64,000 nucleotides of DNA, taken from assembly GCF_902652985.1 (NCBI RefSeq), contig NC_047025.1, positions 16,864,001 to 16,928,000 of the forward strand, given 5' to 3'. This document shows positions 24,601-36,086 of the stretch, piece after piece. Every line of letters starts with the position of its first letter. Position 1 is the first letter of the stretch. The notes below the pieces were generated by a model that saw nothing but the letters and a program-made list of their open reading frames with translations, did no database searches and was not told the origin of the DNA. Origin of the DNA: Pecten maximus. Taxonomy: Eukaryota. Both the position numbers and the translations under genes were made by a program.

Positions 24601-27600
24601 TATTTGAGATTTTTTTCAATATCTAACGCAGTACGTTTTCTCTTGAGAGAAGCCATGGTAAAAATGAGTTATGAAATGCATGGACAATAGACTGACCACA
24701 GTGATTACATTTAAAGGTAAATGAGTGTGCAGGGTGTGAACAACGTCTCACTCGATAACACATGATTTTAACTGCTGATCGGCTGTAAACACAATTCTAT
24801 TTTTAGCCGAGTGAAATTACCTGGTGGACCTATCGGGGGTGCGGTAAGGGGAAATTGAACATTTGTTTTGAAAAATGTGTGGCGGATGGCGATAAGCGCG
24901 TTTGGCGCTAAAACGGGTGTATTAACGTGGAGAGAAATCTGTTTTTTCTAAATGTGTGGCGATAAGTGAGTTTGGTGCTATAACGGGTGGCGTTATAAAG
25001 GAGTTATACTGTACAAAACACGTCATTAACATAAATACAAATAAAAAACACATCATTAACATAAATACAAATAAAAAACACATCATCAACATAAATACAA
25101 ATAAAAAATACATCATTAACATAAATACAAATATAAAACACATCATTAACATAAATACAAAACACATCATTAACATAAATACAAAACACATCATTAACAT
25201 AAATACATATATAAAACACATCATTAACATAAATACAAAACATATCATTAACATAAATACAAATACAAACCCATCATTAACATAAATACAAATACAAAAC
25301 ACATCATTTACCTAAATACAAATACAAAACACATCATTAACATGAATACAAATAAAAAACACATCATTAACATAAATACAAATACAAAACACATCATTTA
25401 CATAAATACAAATACAAACACATCATTAACATAAATACAAATACAAACACATCATTTACATAAATACAAATACAAACACATCATTTACATAAATACAAAT
25501 ACAAACGCATCATTTACCTAAATACAAATACAAAACACATCATTAACATGAATACAAATCATGACTGTTTTTTTAAGTACGTAGTTTATGGTGTCGTTTA
25601 AGAAGGCAATTCATTGTAAACATTCTCTTCAAAAAAAAAAAAAAAATGTAAGGGTTGTTTGATAAAAACAATTTCACAGGATGTTACAGAGAGTACAAGA
25701 TCCATATTTATGTATTCCAAAAGAAAATATGTAGACATTTATTGATTTAGAGATTGATGATTATGAGAGAATATTACTACTGAGGGATTGATAAAGAAAA
25801 TGCAAGAAAGAAATATAAATAATAGCTGAGAGGTTGAAAGATGATAGGAAAGTAATATTGATTATTTCATATGTTGATGAAGATATGAGAGCAAATTTCA
25901 TTAATTTGAATGACATGTTATTTCTTTAAAGTGAAAAAGAAGACTGTCACAAAGAGGGAGGCCCTGTAGGCAGCTGTGGAACTCATATCTGTTTTAGTAG
26001 GGGTCGGATCGGTATGATGAATGACCCAGTCAGGAGACGAATTTATGAGGAGATTCTTCAAAAGGTACCTTCACATCCACATAAAAAAATTATATAGGAT
26101 TCAGAATTTTTTTTTTAAATGGCTGCAAGACCACTTGAAATATTTTGACAGTGTAAGTTTGTTATTGCTCTCAAAAACCACTGGATTAATAGAATATTTC
26201 ACCCCTTTAGGGATGAGACAGTGGGGGGGGGGGGGGGGGTTAGAAACTACTGAAGTTGACAGTAAGTAAAACATTGTGTCTGAATTGAAGAGGAATGTAT
26301 AGCAAATCCATGCTGTACTTTTATTGAAATGTTTTTAGTTATTGTTTTGTTTACAACATGTACTTATAATTAGTGATGATTATGCCTGTTTGATTTAATT
26401 GTTTCCATCATGTTTTGTAGAATGTTACAAGCAACACAACCTGCCTTTGTTTAGGTGATGGTAACATTATGGCATTGATGGCTGCAACACTTGGCTGTAA
26501 AAAGGTAAATCCAAGGCCTGAATATACTGTATATAAATGTTCAGATATTCTATCTTATTGTTGTTCACATTGATATTCTTCTCTGACCACTGTCCTTTGC
26601 TGTATTGTGTTGACCATTGTAAATGACCTCTAGATGTTTTGATTTATAGCCGACATCTTTCCTACCTTGTAGGTGTTTACAGTGGAGGCTAACCCCAGTA
26701 TAAGGAAGGTAATGGAGTCATTTATCAGGAAGAATGGCCTTGGAGAGGTGGTTACCGTGCTGACCAAGAACCCGGGGGCTCTCACACCTGTAGACTTAGG
26801 GGACTGTAAGGTACTGACCTCATCATTGTAGAATTTCTAGCTCAAAAAATAACCTTGACCCAATTTCATGGTGATAAGGTCAAATGTTCTAGCTTTTACA
26901 CAACTTCTGGATAATCAAGTGGCCATGAACCATGCTATTTGGTACAAAACAATTTTGTACAAGCTTGTTTGAACTTTGCTTTCAAGGTCACATAAACCAA
27001 ATGTGTAAGACAATTTGATGATTTCTGATTGATAATGACCAAGGCCTAGATAATGATTTATCATTTTGAGGTGAAGAGCTGTCATAATCGTTTAGATTAA
27101 ATTGATTTTGATTTTTATACACCTGTCAAATTTTTGTGTGTGTCTGTCCTTCATAAACGTTTACACTGAATACCAGGAGCTGGTCTAATGTATGCACCTA
27201 CATACTGTTTAGCTGCTCCAGGTTGACCTTGTATTGAGAGAGCCATATATACTTTCAAAATCTATGTTATTATTACTTCTGCTTTCACCAAAACAGGGGA
27301 TATTAATTTGGGTTTGTCCATCGGTCTCTTTGTCATGCTTTGTTTCCATGCAATAACTGCTACAGTTATCAACAGATTTTCTTCAAACTTGATAACAAAG
27401 TTAAATGCCTTTAGGGCTCAGCCAAGTGTGATTGCCACTTTTGCTGGACGTTATATTTCGCAGAGCTATGGCCCCTTCATTAATGAAACATTTTGTTTTC
27501 TGTTGTTTCCATGCAGTTACTCCCACAAATATTATTTGATTGTCATCAAACTAAGAAACAGTCTGAGATTTATTGTCCCTCGATTCAATGGAATTGATCA

Positions 27601-30600
27601 TTCTGTCAAGCTTTACTCTTAACCTCAAAAATGTTTACCTACAATTTGTCAAGAAAGCAGGGGATATAAATTCCACAAATTTGCTTGTTACAGGTTAACC
27701 CATTATGGTGGGAGAGTCATACATTCATATCCTGTGTTTTTATTAGGTCACCTGAGATGAAGTCTCAAGTGACCTTTCCTAATTGCCTTTTGTCATCCAT
27801 TCGTAAATAATTTCATATTGACTTCTTTTCAATATCCAAGACGCCTAGAGACCTGATATTGGTCCTATAACATGCTGGGGCAATGGGCTATCAAGATTGT
27901 TCAAATTAATGACCTTGACCTTCATTCAAGGTCACAGGGGTCAAATGTGCTAAAACTTTAAAATGACTTCTTCTTATTAGAAGCCTTCATTTACAGCCCC
28001 CAGGCTCAAATGTGCTAAACTCTTTTAAATGTCTTCTGGATAACGACACACTTCGAAACCTGATATTTGGCTTGTAACATGCTGGGGTGAGCACATTGAC
28101 CTCAAGGTCACAGGAATCTAATCTACCAAAATGTATCAAAATTCATTGGCCTTTTGTTACAATTGAAACTTGTGGTGGGAGAGTCACACTTTCAGATTCT
28201 ATGTTATTACTACAGGTTGACCTTGTGGTGGGAGAGTCACACTTTCAGATTCTATGTTATTACTACAGGTTGACCTTGTGGTGGGAGAGTCACACTTTCA
28301 GATTCTGTGTTATTACTACAGGTTGACCTTGTGTTGGGAGAGTCACACTTTCAGATTCTATGTTATTACTACAGGTTGACCTTGTGGTGGGAGAGTCACA
28401 CTTTCAGATTCTGTGTTATTACTACAGGTTGACCTTGTGGTGGGAGAGTCACACTTTCAGATTCTATGTTATTACTACAGGTTGACCTTGTGGTGGGAGA
28501 GTCATACTTTCAGATTCTATGTTATTACTACAGGTTGACCTTGTGATGGGAGAGTCACACTTTCAGATTCTATGTTATTACTACAGGTTGACCTTGTGGT
28601 GGGCGAGTCACACTTTCAGATTCTATGTTATTACTACAGGTTGACCTTGTGATGGGAGAGTCACACTATCAGATTCTATGTTATTACTACAGGTTGACCT
28701 TGTGATGGGAGAGTCACACTTTCAGATTCTATGTTATTACTACAGGTTGACCTTGTGATGGGAGAGTCACACTTTCAGATTATGTGTTATTACTACAGGT
28801 TGACCTTGTGATGGGAGAGTCACACTTTCAGATTATGTGTTATTACTATAGGTTGACCTTGTGATGGGAGAGTCACACTTTCAGATTATGTGTTATTACT
28901 ACAGGTTGACCTTGTGATGGGAGAGTCACACTTTCAGATTATGTGTTATTACTACAGGTTGACCTTGTGATGGGAGAGTCACACTTTCAGATTATGTGTT
29001 ATTACTACAGGTTGACCTTGTGATGGGAGAGTCACACTTTCAGATTCTGTGTTATTACTACAGGTTGACCTTGTGATGGGAGAGTCACACTTTCAGATTC
29101 TACGTTATTACTACAGGTTGACCTTGTGGTGGGAGAGTCACACTTTCAGATTCTGTGTTATTACTACAGGTTGACCTTGTGGTGGGAGAGTCACACTTTC
29201 AGATTATGTGTTATTACTACAGGTTGACCTTGTGGTGGGAGAGCCATACTTTCAGATTATATGTTATTACTACAGGTTGACCTTGTGGTGGGAGAGCCAC
29301 ACTTTCAGATTATATGTTATTATTACAGGTTGACCTTGTGTTGGGAGAACCATACTTTCAGATTATATGTTATTATTACAGGTTGACCTTGTGTTGGGAG
29401 AGCCATACTTCCAGAGTTCTGTATTACCGTGGCACAACATTTCCCATTGGTACAATATAGATCAGCTATCTAACATTTTGGTGGATGAGGCAAAAATATT
29501 CCCTGCTGCAATGACAATAAAAGCAATGGCCGTGGACTTTACAGACTTGTGGAAGATACGGGCCCCTGTTGGAATGTGTGAAGGATTCAATCTACAAGTA
29601 TTCGATGATTTGATAGAGGTAAGAGTATCTTGTGTTAAAACTATCAAACAAACACACAGATTTTCAGGATAAAGCTTTTATAAGCAATGATTCCAGGAAA
29701 ACACTAGCTAAAATCAGATGGTTGATCTTTCTGAAACTTTTTACATACCACCCACAGGAAAACAGATAAAGATAATCAAGTTCTCTTCAAGTTGGCAAAT
29801 AAATATATTGAAACACACTTTCATCATTAGATTGTTACAAATGTTTTAAAAGGGCAATAAGTTAAGTAATGCTGACGTTTTAATTTGCCAGGTATTGAAA
29901 ATAAATACTACATAGATGTTTGTAATGAGACGATGTGTAGGTGACCTGTTGTTAGGTATTTGTAGAGCTAGCTCTAGAAATCTGACTAAAGATTATATGA
30001 ATTTAATGAAATTTTCTCCTGTTGACAGCGGTCATCCGACATCGCTGATGAGACTGTAGAACCACAGCCCTTATGGGAGTACCCCTTGTACTGCTCGGAG
30101 TGATGTTGTTGATATTTACAACTTCCAGTATACTTCATCTTGGGACGAAACTGCTGTAGCTGTGACAAAAATACTCAATTTACAAAGGTTTGTAAGACAG
30201 AACTCTCAAATTAAGGTACCAAATACAATCAGTGACTTTGGTTAATGCAAGAAGTGAAATTATCTAACCACTATTTGGTTATTTGGTAAATGTGAGAAGT
30301 GAAATTATCTCCCTCATTTGGCTACTTGGTTTATATGAGAAGTGAAAATATCTTCTTTCGTTTGGCTGTTCCGTTAATGAGATTGAAATTATCGCCCTTG
30401 TTGTCTTGTTGGTTAATGTGAGAAGTGAAATTATCTCCCATATGTGACTATTTGGTTAATAGGGAAGTGAAATTATCTCCCTTGTCGACTGGTTGGTAAG
30501 AAATGAAATTATCTCGCTTGTTTGGCTGTTTAGTTAATGTGAGAAGTTAAATTATCTCCCTTGTTAGGCTGTTTAAGGGCGAATTTGTTCTCCTAAAACC

Positions 30601-32019
30601 AGTTTTAGTTTCGAACCGGTTCTGTAAACTTTCCATTTGTTGAGTAAACCAGTTTCAAACCACATTTAAACTGAAACCGGTTCATTCATTTGTTTCTGAT
30701 AAACCTAAACAAGTTTATTAAACCATTCAAACCACCACCGGTTGTGGTTTGGAAGGTTTCGTTTCTGAAAACAAGATGGCGAATGTTGTCAACACATGCA
30801 GAATGTGCTCTTGAAGTGCGCTACGTGCTCCAAACTTGCCAGCTATGGCTTGTAGTGCCATTTGACTGGACAAATAAAATATAAATTATAAATATTAATA
30901 ATTGTTTTCCCATTGGTATGACAGTTTTCCCTTGTGTTTGAAAGAAAGTCTGCTAGAACTGCATGCGTTTCCCTGTCATTGAATTGTGGAAGTATGTCTT
31001 CAACATAATTTGGGATTCGGGGGATTTTTGTGCGTTCAGGAGGTATTAACGTTTCAAATACTGCTCTGAAGCTTTTTCTCCCAAAGACACCATATTGAAA
31101 ACTAGAATTTCGCATTTGTTTCTCAAGAGCAAACCAGTTTTAGTTTACAAACCGTTTTGAAAACCAGGTTTAAACCATAAACCCAAACCTAAACCAGTTT
31201 ATTTGCAACAAATTTGCCCTAATTGATGGGAGAAGTAAATTATCTCCCTTGGTTGATTAAAAGTGAATTTATCTCCCTTGACTTGTAGGTTAAAAGTAAA
31301 TATATGTCCCCTGTTTTGCTAATGCGAGAAATGAAATTATCTCCCTTATTTGGCTACACATTAAACAGACGAGGAATACCTCCTCCAATCTAGTTCATCA
31401 TTGCTGACATTTCAATTTGTTTTTATTTTCTTTCAGTAAGCTTTTTGGTTATATAATACATTAATCAAAATGGTTTTCCTCTTTTGGCACTTGCTTTTAC
31501 CTTTGGTCATTTCCTTCAGTTAATAATAAGTACATGTACATGTATTTGAACTGTTAAAAAAATTTTAAAAAGCAAAAAACAAACAAAAACAAAAAAAAAC
31601 AAAAAAAGCCACTCTATGGTTGCTTTTTCAAGAGATGTTTATGAATTGTTCAGTATAAAAGTTGATAAATGAAGAAAGATATATGATGAGACTGAATTAT
31701 GGCCAGTATAACTTGCATACTGTAATGAGGGAGTTTATGCATCTGTTTCAGTGAGGGACGCTGTAATGGTGTGGTGCTGTGGGCAGACTTTGACTTTGGC
31801 CAGAACTGTGTTGTGAGCACTGGACCAAGGGAAGGGTCACATGTAGGAAAGGAAGTGAAGTGGGACATCTATACTCGACAAGGTGTCCATCTTCTAAAGC
31901 AGCCCATTACCTCTGGGAGTATGGGGAAGGATCCTGAAGTAAAGCAGGCAGTTCATGTGACATTCAATTTCAGACCAAAACAAGGAGACCTGGAATTTAC
32001 TTTCAAATCATATAGCTGA
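15643..32019 (+). CDS. PRMT7: Protein arginine N-methyltransferase 7, 14 coding exons, about 689 aa (apparent +1 frameshift in exon 13 as assembled)
   Basis: Exons: 15643-15737, 18816-18852, 19488-19637, 20281-20389, 20639-20751, 22163-22395, 22611-22794, 23239-23369, 25932-26064, 26421-26504, 26673-26810, 29382-29618, 30029-30187, 31752-32019. Diagnostic motifs: NPVTGKTDW...[63 protein letters not shown]. In-frame upstream ATGs lie at 15556 and 15577. Confidence 0.95.
16251..17018 (-). mobile_element. Internally deleted hAT-like transposon with 5-bp TSD
   Basis: TIRs CAGTGATTTTTCAGCCTAT / ATAGGCTGAAAAATCACTG with AATTT on both sides. The minus-strand frame at about 16789-16445 reads ...[11 protein letters not shown]...[35 protein letters not shown], like a hAT transposase N-terminus fused to the dimerisation-end tail. 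Confidence 0.8.
18940..19320. mobile_element. Element ending in a long hairpin (about 19168-19318)
   Basis: Inverted arms GTATGAAAAAAAAAATTGTTTGCAAACT / AGTTTGCAAACAATTTTTTTTTCATAC and an upstream TGATTGG motif. The architecture resembles 45375-45805. Confidence 0.45.
19800..19955 (-). mobile_element. Degenerate tRNA-derived SINE relic
   Basis: Reverse B-box-like GGGAATCAAACCC, and GGAAACAGGAGTACACAGAGTAAACC resembling the V-SINE-type central motif. Confidence 0.4.
20749..21170 (+). repeat. 44-bp minisatellite carrying copies of the PRMT7 exon 5 donor junction, 9 copies
   Basis: CAG|GTGATA recurs at 20788, 20832, 20876 ... 21140. The true donor is CAG|GTAATA at 20749. Confidence 0.9.
21295..21490 (+). 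mobile_element. Degenerate SINE relic
   Basis: GGGCTTTCTCCAGGTTCTCTGGTTTCCTCC matches the widespread V-SINE-type central motif. Confidence 0.4.
21523..22080. mobile_element. MITE, superfamily unclear
   Basis: TIRs CAGTGCTCCAGAT / ATCTGGAGCACTG. The TSD is not clean (ATAA/ACAA). Confidence 0.6.
23400..25557. repeat. AT-rich minisatellite of about 35 bp, split by the Tigger-like element
   Basis: Unit ACACATCATTAACATAAATACAAATACAAA at 23400-23683 and 25012-25557. Confidence 0.9.
23684..25011 (-). mobile_element. Internally deleted pogo/Tigger-like transposon
   Basis: TIRs CAGTAAACCCCCGTTATAA / TTATAAAGGAGTTATACTG with TA TSD. The minus-strand ATG at 24656 gives [15 protein letters not shown] (CENP-B-type N-terminus, frameshifted). 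It is joined to a Tigger-type C-terminal region [25 protein letters not shown]...[14 protein letters not shown]...KQKQ (ORF 24027-24593). The DDE core is missing. Confidence 0.87.
27740..28150 (-). mobile_element. Helentron-associated / pearl-like element, reverse orientation
   Basis: Starts TTAGGTCACCTGAGATGAAGTCTCAAGTGA, the reverse complement of the 3' end of the 9143-9799 element. It contains GACCTTGACC/CAAGGTCA core motifs. Confidence 0.65.
28163..29414 (+). repeat. 53-bp minisatellite built from the PRMT7 intron 11/exon 12 acceptor junction, 23 junction copies
   Basis: Unit GTTGACCTTGTGGTGGGAGAGTCACACTTTCAG-ATTCTATGTTATTACTACAG. Junctions run from 28215|28216 to 29381|29382, exactly 22 x 53 bp. 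Confidence 0.95.
30245..31355. repeat. Degenerate repeat of about 42 bp (GAGAAGTGAAATTATCTCCC core), split by the Harbinger element
   Basis: The core recurs at 30250-30570 and 31225-31350. Confidence 0.75.
30577..31219. mobile_element. PIF/Harbinger-like deletion derivative
   Basis: TIRs GGGCGAATTTGTT / AACAAATTTGCCC, 3-bp TAA TSD, and many subterminal AAACC/GGTTT motifs. Confidence 0.8.
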
Positions 32020-33694
32020 AGTTACAGATAGATACAACATCAGGTTTAAATGCTTCATTATATTGACTTTTAATTTCATGGGAGAACTTTTACCTTTTTA
32101 TTAAGCTCATATATAGCAAATTATGGGGTGATTAAGATGCAATTATTCTCAAATACTTCACAGGGTTATCCCTCAATTGATGTTACAAAGAGGGGGGTGG
32201 GGGGGGGGGTAAAGAAAGCTAACACCTGCTATATGACGCTGCTCACAATAACGTAGCATTAATTTGACTAACCATGGCGTAAATAATGACCATGGAGGAT
32301 TGTAGATGGCGTGATCAAAAACTTTCATAAAAACTTACATTTGCTTGCAAGTATGTGTGAAAAATATTAAGGAAATAATCAAACATTGGTCTGTTCTGCG
32401 AACAAGGATATCTCAACCCTCATGTAAGAGTTTGGCAGGCCAGCACTTGGCAAGCCTCGTCATGTTGACTGGTCTAACTCTTACACTCGGGTTGAGATAT
32501 CCCTGTATATGGAACAGACCCATGTTAGACTCTATTAATCAATCTCCTGTAAGGTACTTTTAACTTGATTATCATAATAAACTTTTATCAAAGAATATTT
32601 GATATAGATACAGCCTAGTTTGAACAAGAAAAGGTCCGTCCTTCACACGAAAATAATGAGATGTCACTGATGTATTTCAGGTCTGGTACACATGCACAGT
32701 AATGTGGATTTATTGAATATGATACATAAAGCAATATTTTCAATAGAACTCAGAAATATCATAAAAAGACCAAAAAACATTTGAAAAGGACCAAAGAACA
32801 TTTGATTAGATATATTTCTTAAAGCATGCATTTCTTTTTTCTTAAAGGCCCAGGAATACTTATGGAGATTAGACTGTTTTATAACACTCATGACAATATG
32901 AATGCCAATCATTTACGTCCAAATTGCATTAAGGATTCTTGGCTTCAGTTAAGCCTATCAGTCCTAGGTTTGGCTTTAATAGCTATGAGGACGTTTAGTG
33001 TAATCAGTACCTTGCGTTAGATTTTAGCTGGAAGAAGGATGCATTGCCCAATTATTGCTAGGCCCTTATTAAAAATTGAAACAAGAATACTAAGCCCCAT
33101 CATTTAAAGAAGAATATATCTTAGTATCTTGTCATCTGCTGATGTGTCTTGTAGCTCATTATGACATTTTTTGTTGTTCTTATTGTATATCCTGTTTTAT
33201 AATTTATGAATTCAAGTATTCTGAAAATAGCTTCATCAACAATTGATGGATCCTGAAAGGTTATTGAAAATTTGACATTTGTCTCATTCTGACTTTACTC
33301 CTATTAATGATCTGTGAAAGACTGACCCATAATTTTAAAATCGAGGAAACAACCAAAAATAATCATCATTTTCAGTGGTTTTAGCTCGTACAGATGAGTC
33401 TACCATTCTCTGAAAATAATGGTGATATAAGTTTTACTTCCTCCGCTACACATCACCAGTAAAACTCCAAGTTTGTCGGTATAATCATGACATCTGTGTA
33501 CTCTTAACTACGAAGTTAGGTTATCTCCCCTAGTTGCTAAATGGGACCAATCTCTTGGATTTCTACACCTCAATCCAACAATTTAGTACACCATCTTACA
33601 CTTAAATACACCAAGGAGAACTAAATGAAAGATTTCTAAATTGTGTGTAATTATTTATTTTGATTTTAAGAAAAATAAAATGTGTACTCTGATG

Positions 33695-33900
33695 TATTTG
33701 TCTTGTGAATTAGTTAATTTGAATTCAATGTATATTTGTCTGGTTAATAAGTTGATTTGAATTTAATACATATTTGTCTGGTTAATAAGTTGATTTGAAT
33801 TTAATACGTATTTGTCTGGTTAATAAGTTGATTTGAATTTAATACATATTTGTCTGGTTAATAAGTTAATTTGAATTTAATACATCATGCTCTAAAGTAT
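33695..33900. repeat. Minisatellite of about 38 bp
   Basis: Unit TATTTGTCTGGTTAATAAGTTGATTTGAATTTAATACA, about 5 copies. Confidence 0.85.
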
Positions 33901-34215
33901 TTGTCTTGTTTATTAGTTAATTTTAATTTAATACATTGGCTCAGCTGCCTTGTTATAAAATTCATTTGTGATTCGTATATAAAATATATGTGCACATTGT
34001 ATATGTCACATGATCTAGGTTATATGCCATGGTCCTCAGGGTTTGAGCTGGACATTTGGGCAAACCCATATAGCTTTGAGTTTTCATCATTTCATTCCAA
34101 GCAATTTTTACACTGCATGGTCAAATTACTTTCCAGTAAAACTTTTTATTATAACAAAACAAACACCTTGAAGATAAGTATTGGTAAAGCAAAGACAAAA
34201 TATACTTTATGGAAT

Positions 34216-35230
34216 GGTGGTACCATGAAGGTGGGTACCATGTCGGTGGGTACCATGTTGGTGTGTACCATGTTGGTGGGTACCATGATGTTGGGTACCA
34301 TGTTGGTGGGTACTATGTCGGTGGGTACCATGTTGGTGGGTACCATGTTGGTGGGTACCATGTCGGTGGGTACCATGTTGGTAGGTACCATGTTGGTGGG
34401 TACCATGTCGGTGGGTACCATGTTGGTGGGTACCATGATTGTGGGTACCATGTTGGTGGGTACCATGTTGGTTGGTACCATGTCGGTGGGTACCATGTTG
34501 GTTGGTACCATGTCGGTGGGTACTATGTTGGTGGGTACCATGTTGGTGGGTACTACGATGGTGGGTACCATGTTGGTGGGTACCATGTTGGTGGGTACCA
34601 TGTTGGTTGGCACCATGTCGGTGGGTACCATGTTGTTGGGTACCATGTTGTTGGGTACCATGTTGGTTGGTACCATGTCAGTGGGTACCATGTCGGTGGG
34701 TACCATGATGTTGGGTACTACGTTGGTTGGTACCATGTTGGTGGGTACTATGTTGGTGGGTACTATGTTGGTGGGTACTATGTTGGTGGGTACTACGTTG
34801 GTTGGTACCATGTTGGTGGGTACTATGTTGGTGGGTACTATGTCGGTGGGTACCATGTCGGTGGGTACTATGTCGGTGGGTACCATGTTGGTGGGTACCA
34901 TGTCTGTGGGTACCATGTTGGTGGGTACCATGTCGGTGGGTACCATGTTGGTGGGTACCATGTTGGTGGGTACCATGTCGGTGGGTACCATGTTGGTGGG
35001 TACCATGATGTTGGGTACCATGTTGGTGGGTACCATGTTGGTTGGTACCATGTTGGTGGGTACCATGATGTTGGTTACCATGTTGGTTGGTACCATGTTG
35101 GTGGGTACCATGTCGGTGGGTACCATGTTGGTGGGTACTATGTTGGTGGGTACCATGTTGGTGGGTACCATGTCGGTGGGTACCATGTCGGTGGGTACCA
35201 TGTTGGTGGGTACCATGTTGGTGGGTACCA
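34216..35230. repeat. 15-bp minisatellite, about 67 copies
   Basis: Unit GGGTACCATGTTGGT. It is stop-free in three frames. Confidence 0.95.
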
Positions 35231-35479
35231 TTTTCAGTCTAGAAACATTCTAAATTTGTTAGTACACTGGAAACCATTTCCATTGTAATACTGGTAACTA
35301 GATGTAGTGTTTCAAAATGTACAGTTAATCTTTTATTGATATTCCCATTTCGTTGACTGGTTTGCCTATAAATACACACATTTAGACTTACCATTGTGTG
35401 TATATGGTCTTGACCTGTAAAATGACACTCCGCAATGATGGTTACGATATGTCCAAAATCAGGAAATCAATTCGACAGG

Positions 35480-36086
35480 TGGCCTATACGGGTAGTACAG
35501 TATGTAATGTGTATCACCGGGATACATGTAGTTGTAGGTCCAGATACGGCCTATACGGGTACTACAGTATGTATTGTGTATCACGGAGATAGTTGTAGGT
35601 CCAGATACGGCCTGTACGGGTACTACAGTACGTATTGTGTATCACGGGGATAGTTGTAGGTCCAGATACGGCCTATACGGGTACTACAGTATGCATTGTG
35701 TATCACGGGGATAGTTGTAGGTCCAGATACGGCCTATACGGGTACTACGGTATGCATTGTGTATCACGGGATAGTTGTAGGTCCAGATACGGCCTATACG
35801 GGTACTACGGTATGTATTGTGTATCCCGGGGATAGTTGTAGGTCCAGATACGGCCTGTACGGGTACTACAGTATGTATTGTGTATCACGGGGATAGTTGT
35901 AGGTCCAGATACGGCCTGTACGGGTACTACAGTATGTATTGTGTATCACGGGGATAGTTGTAGGTCCAGATACGGCCTATACGGGTACTACAGTATGTAT
36001 TGTGTATCACGGGGATAGTTGTAGGTCCAGATACGGCCTGTACGGGTACTACAGTATGTATTGTGTATCACTGGGATAGTTGTAGG
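35480..36086. repeat. 61-bp minisatellite, about 10 copies
   Basis: Unit GGGATAGTTGTAGGTCCAGATACGGCCTATACGGGTACTACAGTATGTATTGTGTATCACG. Confidence 0.93.

Noticed and set aside
24922-25302. Hydrophobic repetitive ORFs (also 4683-5122, 44371-45250, 53220-53705, 63703-63946)
   Set aside because: These are translations of minisatellites.
28163-29414. CRISPR-like regularly spaced repeats (also 55723-56660 and 35480-36086)
   Set aside because: The units are contiguous with no unique spacers, there are no cas genes, and the context is eukaryotic. They are minisatellites.
30101-30103. In-frame TGA in PRMT7 as selenocysteine or readthrough
   Set aside because: The TGA is out of the conserved frame. 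A single extra C explains it together with the exon phase.
33871-35253. 460-aa (MLVGT)n and 360-aa (MVPTN)n ORFs
   Set aside because: Artefacts of a stop-free 15-bp unit, with no non-repetitive domain or splice support.
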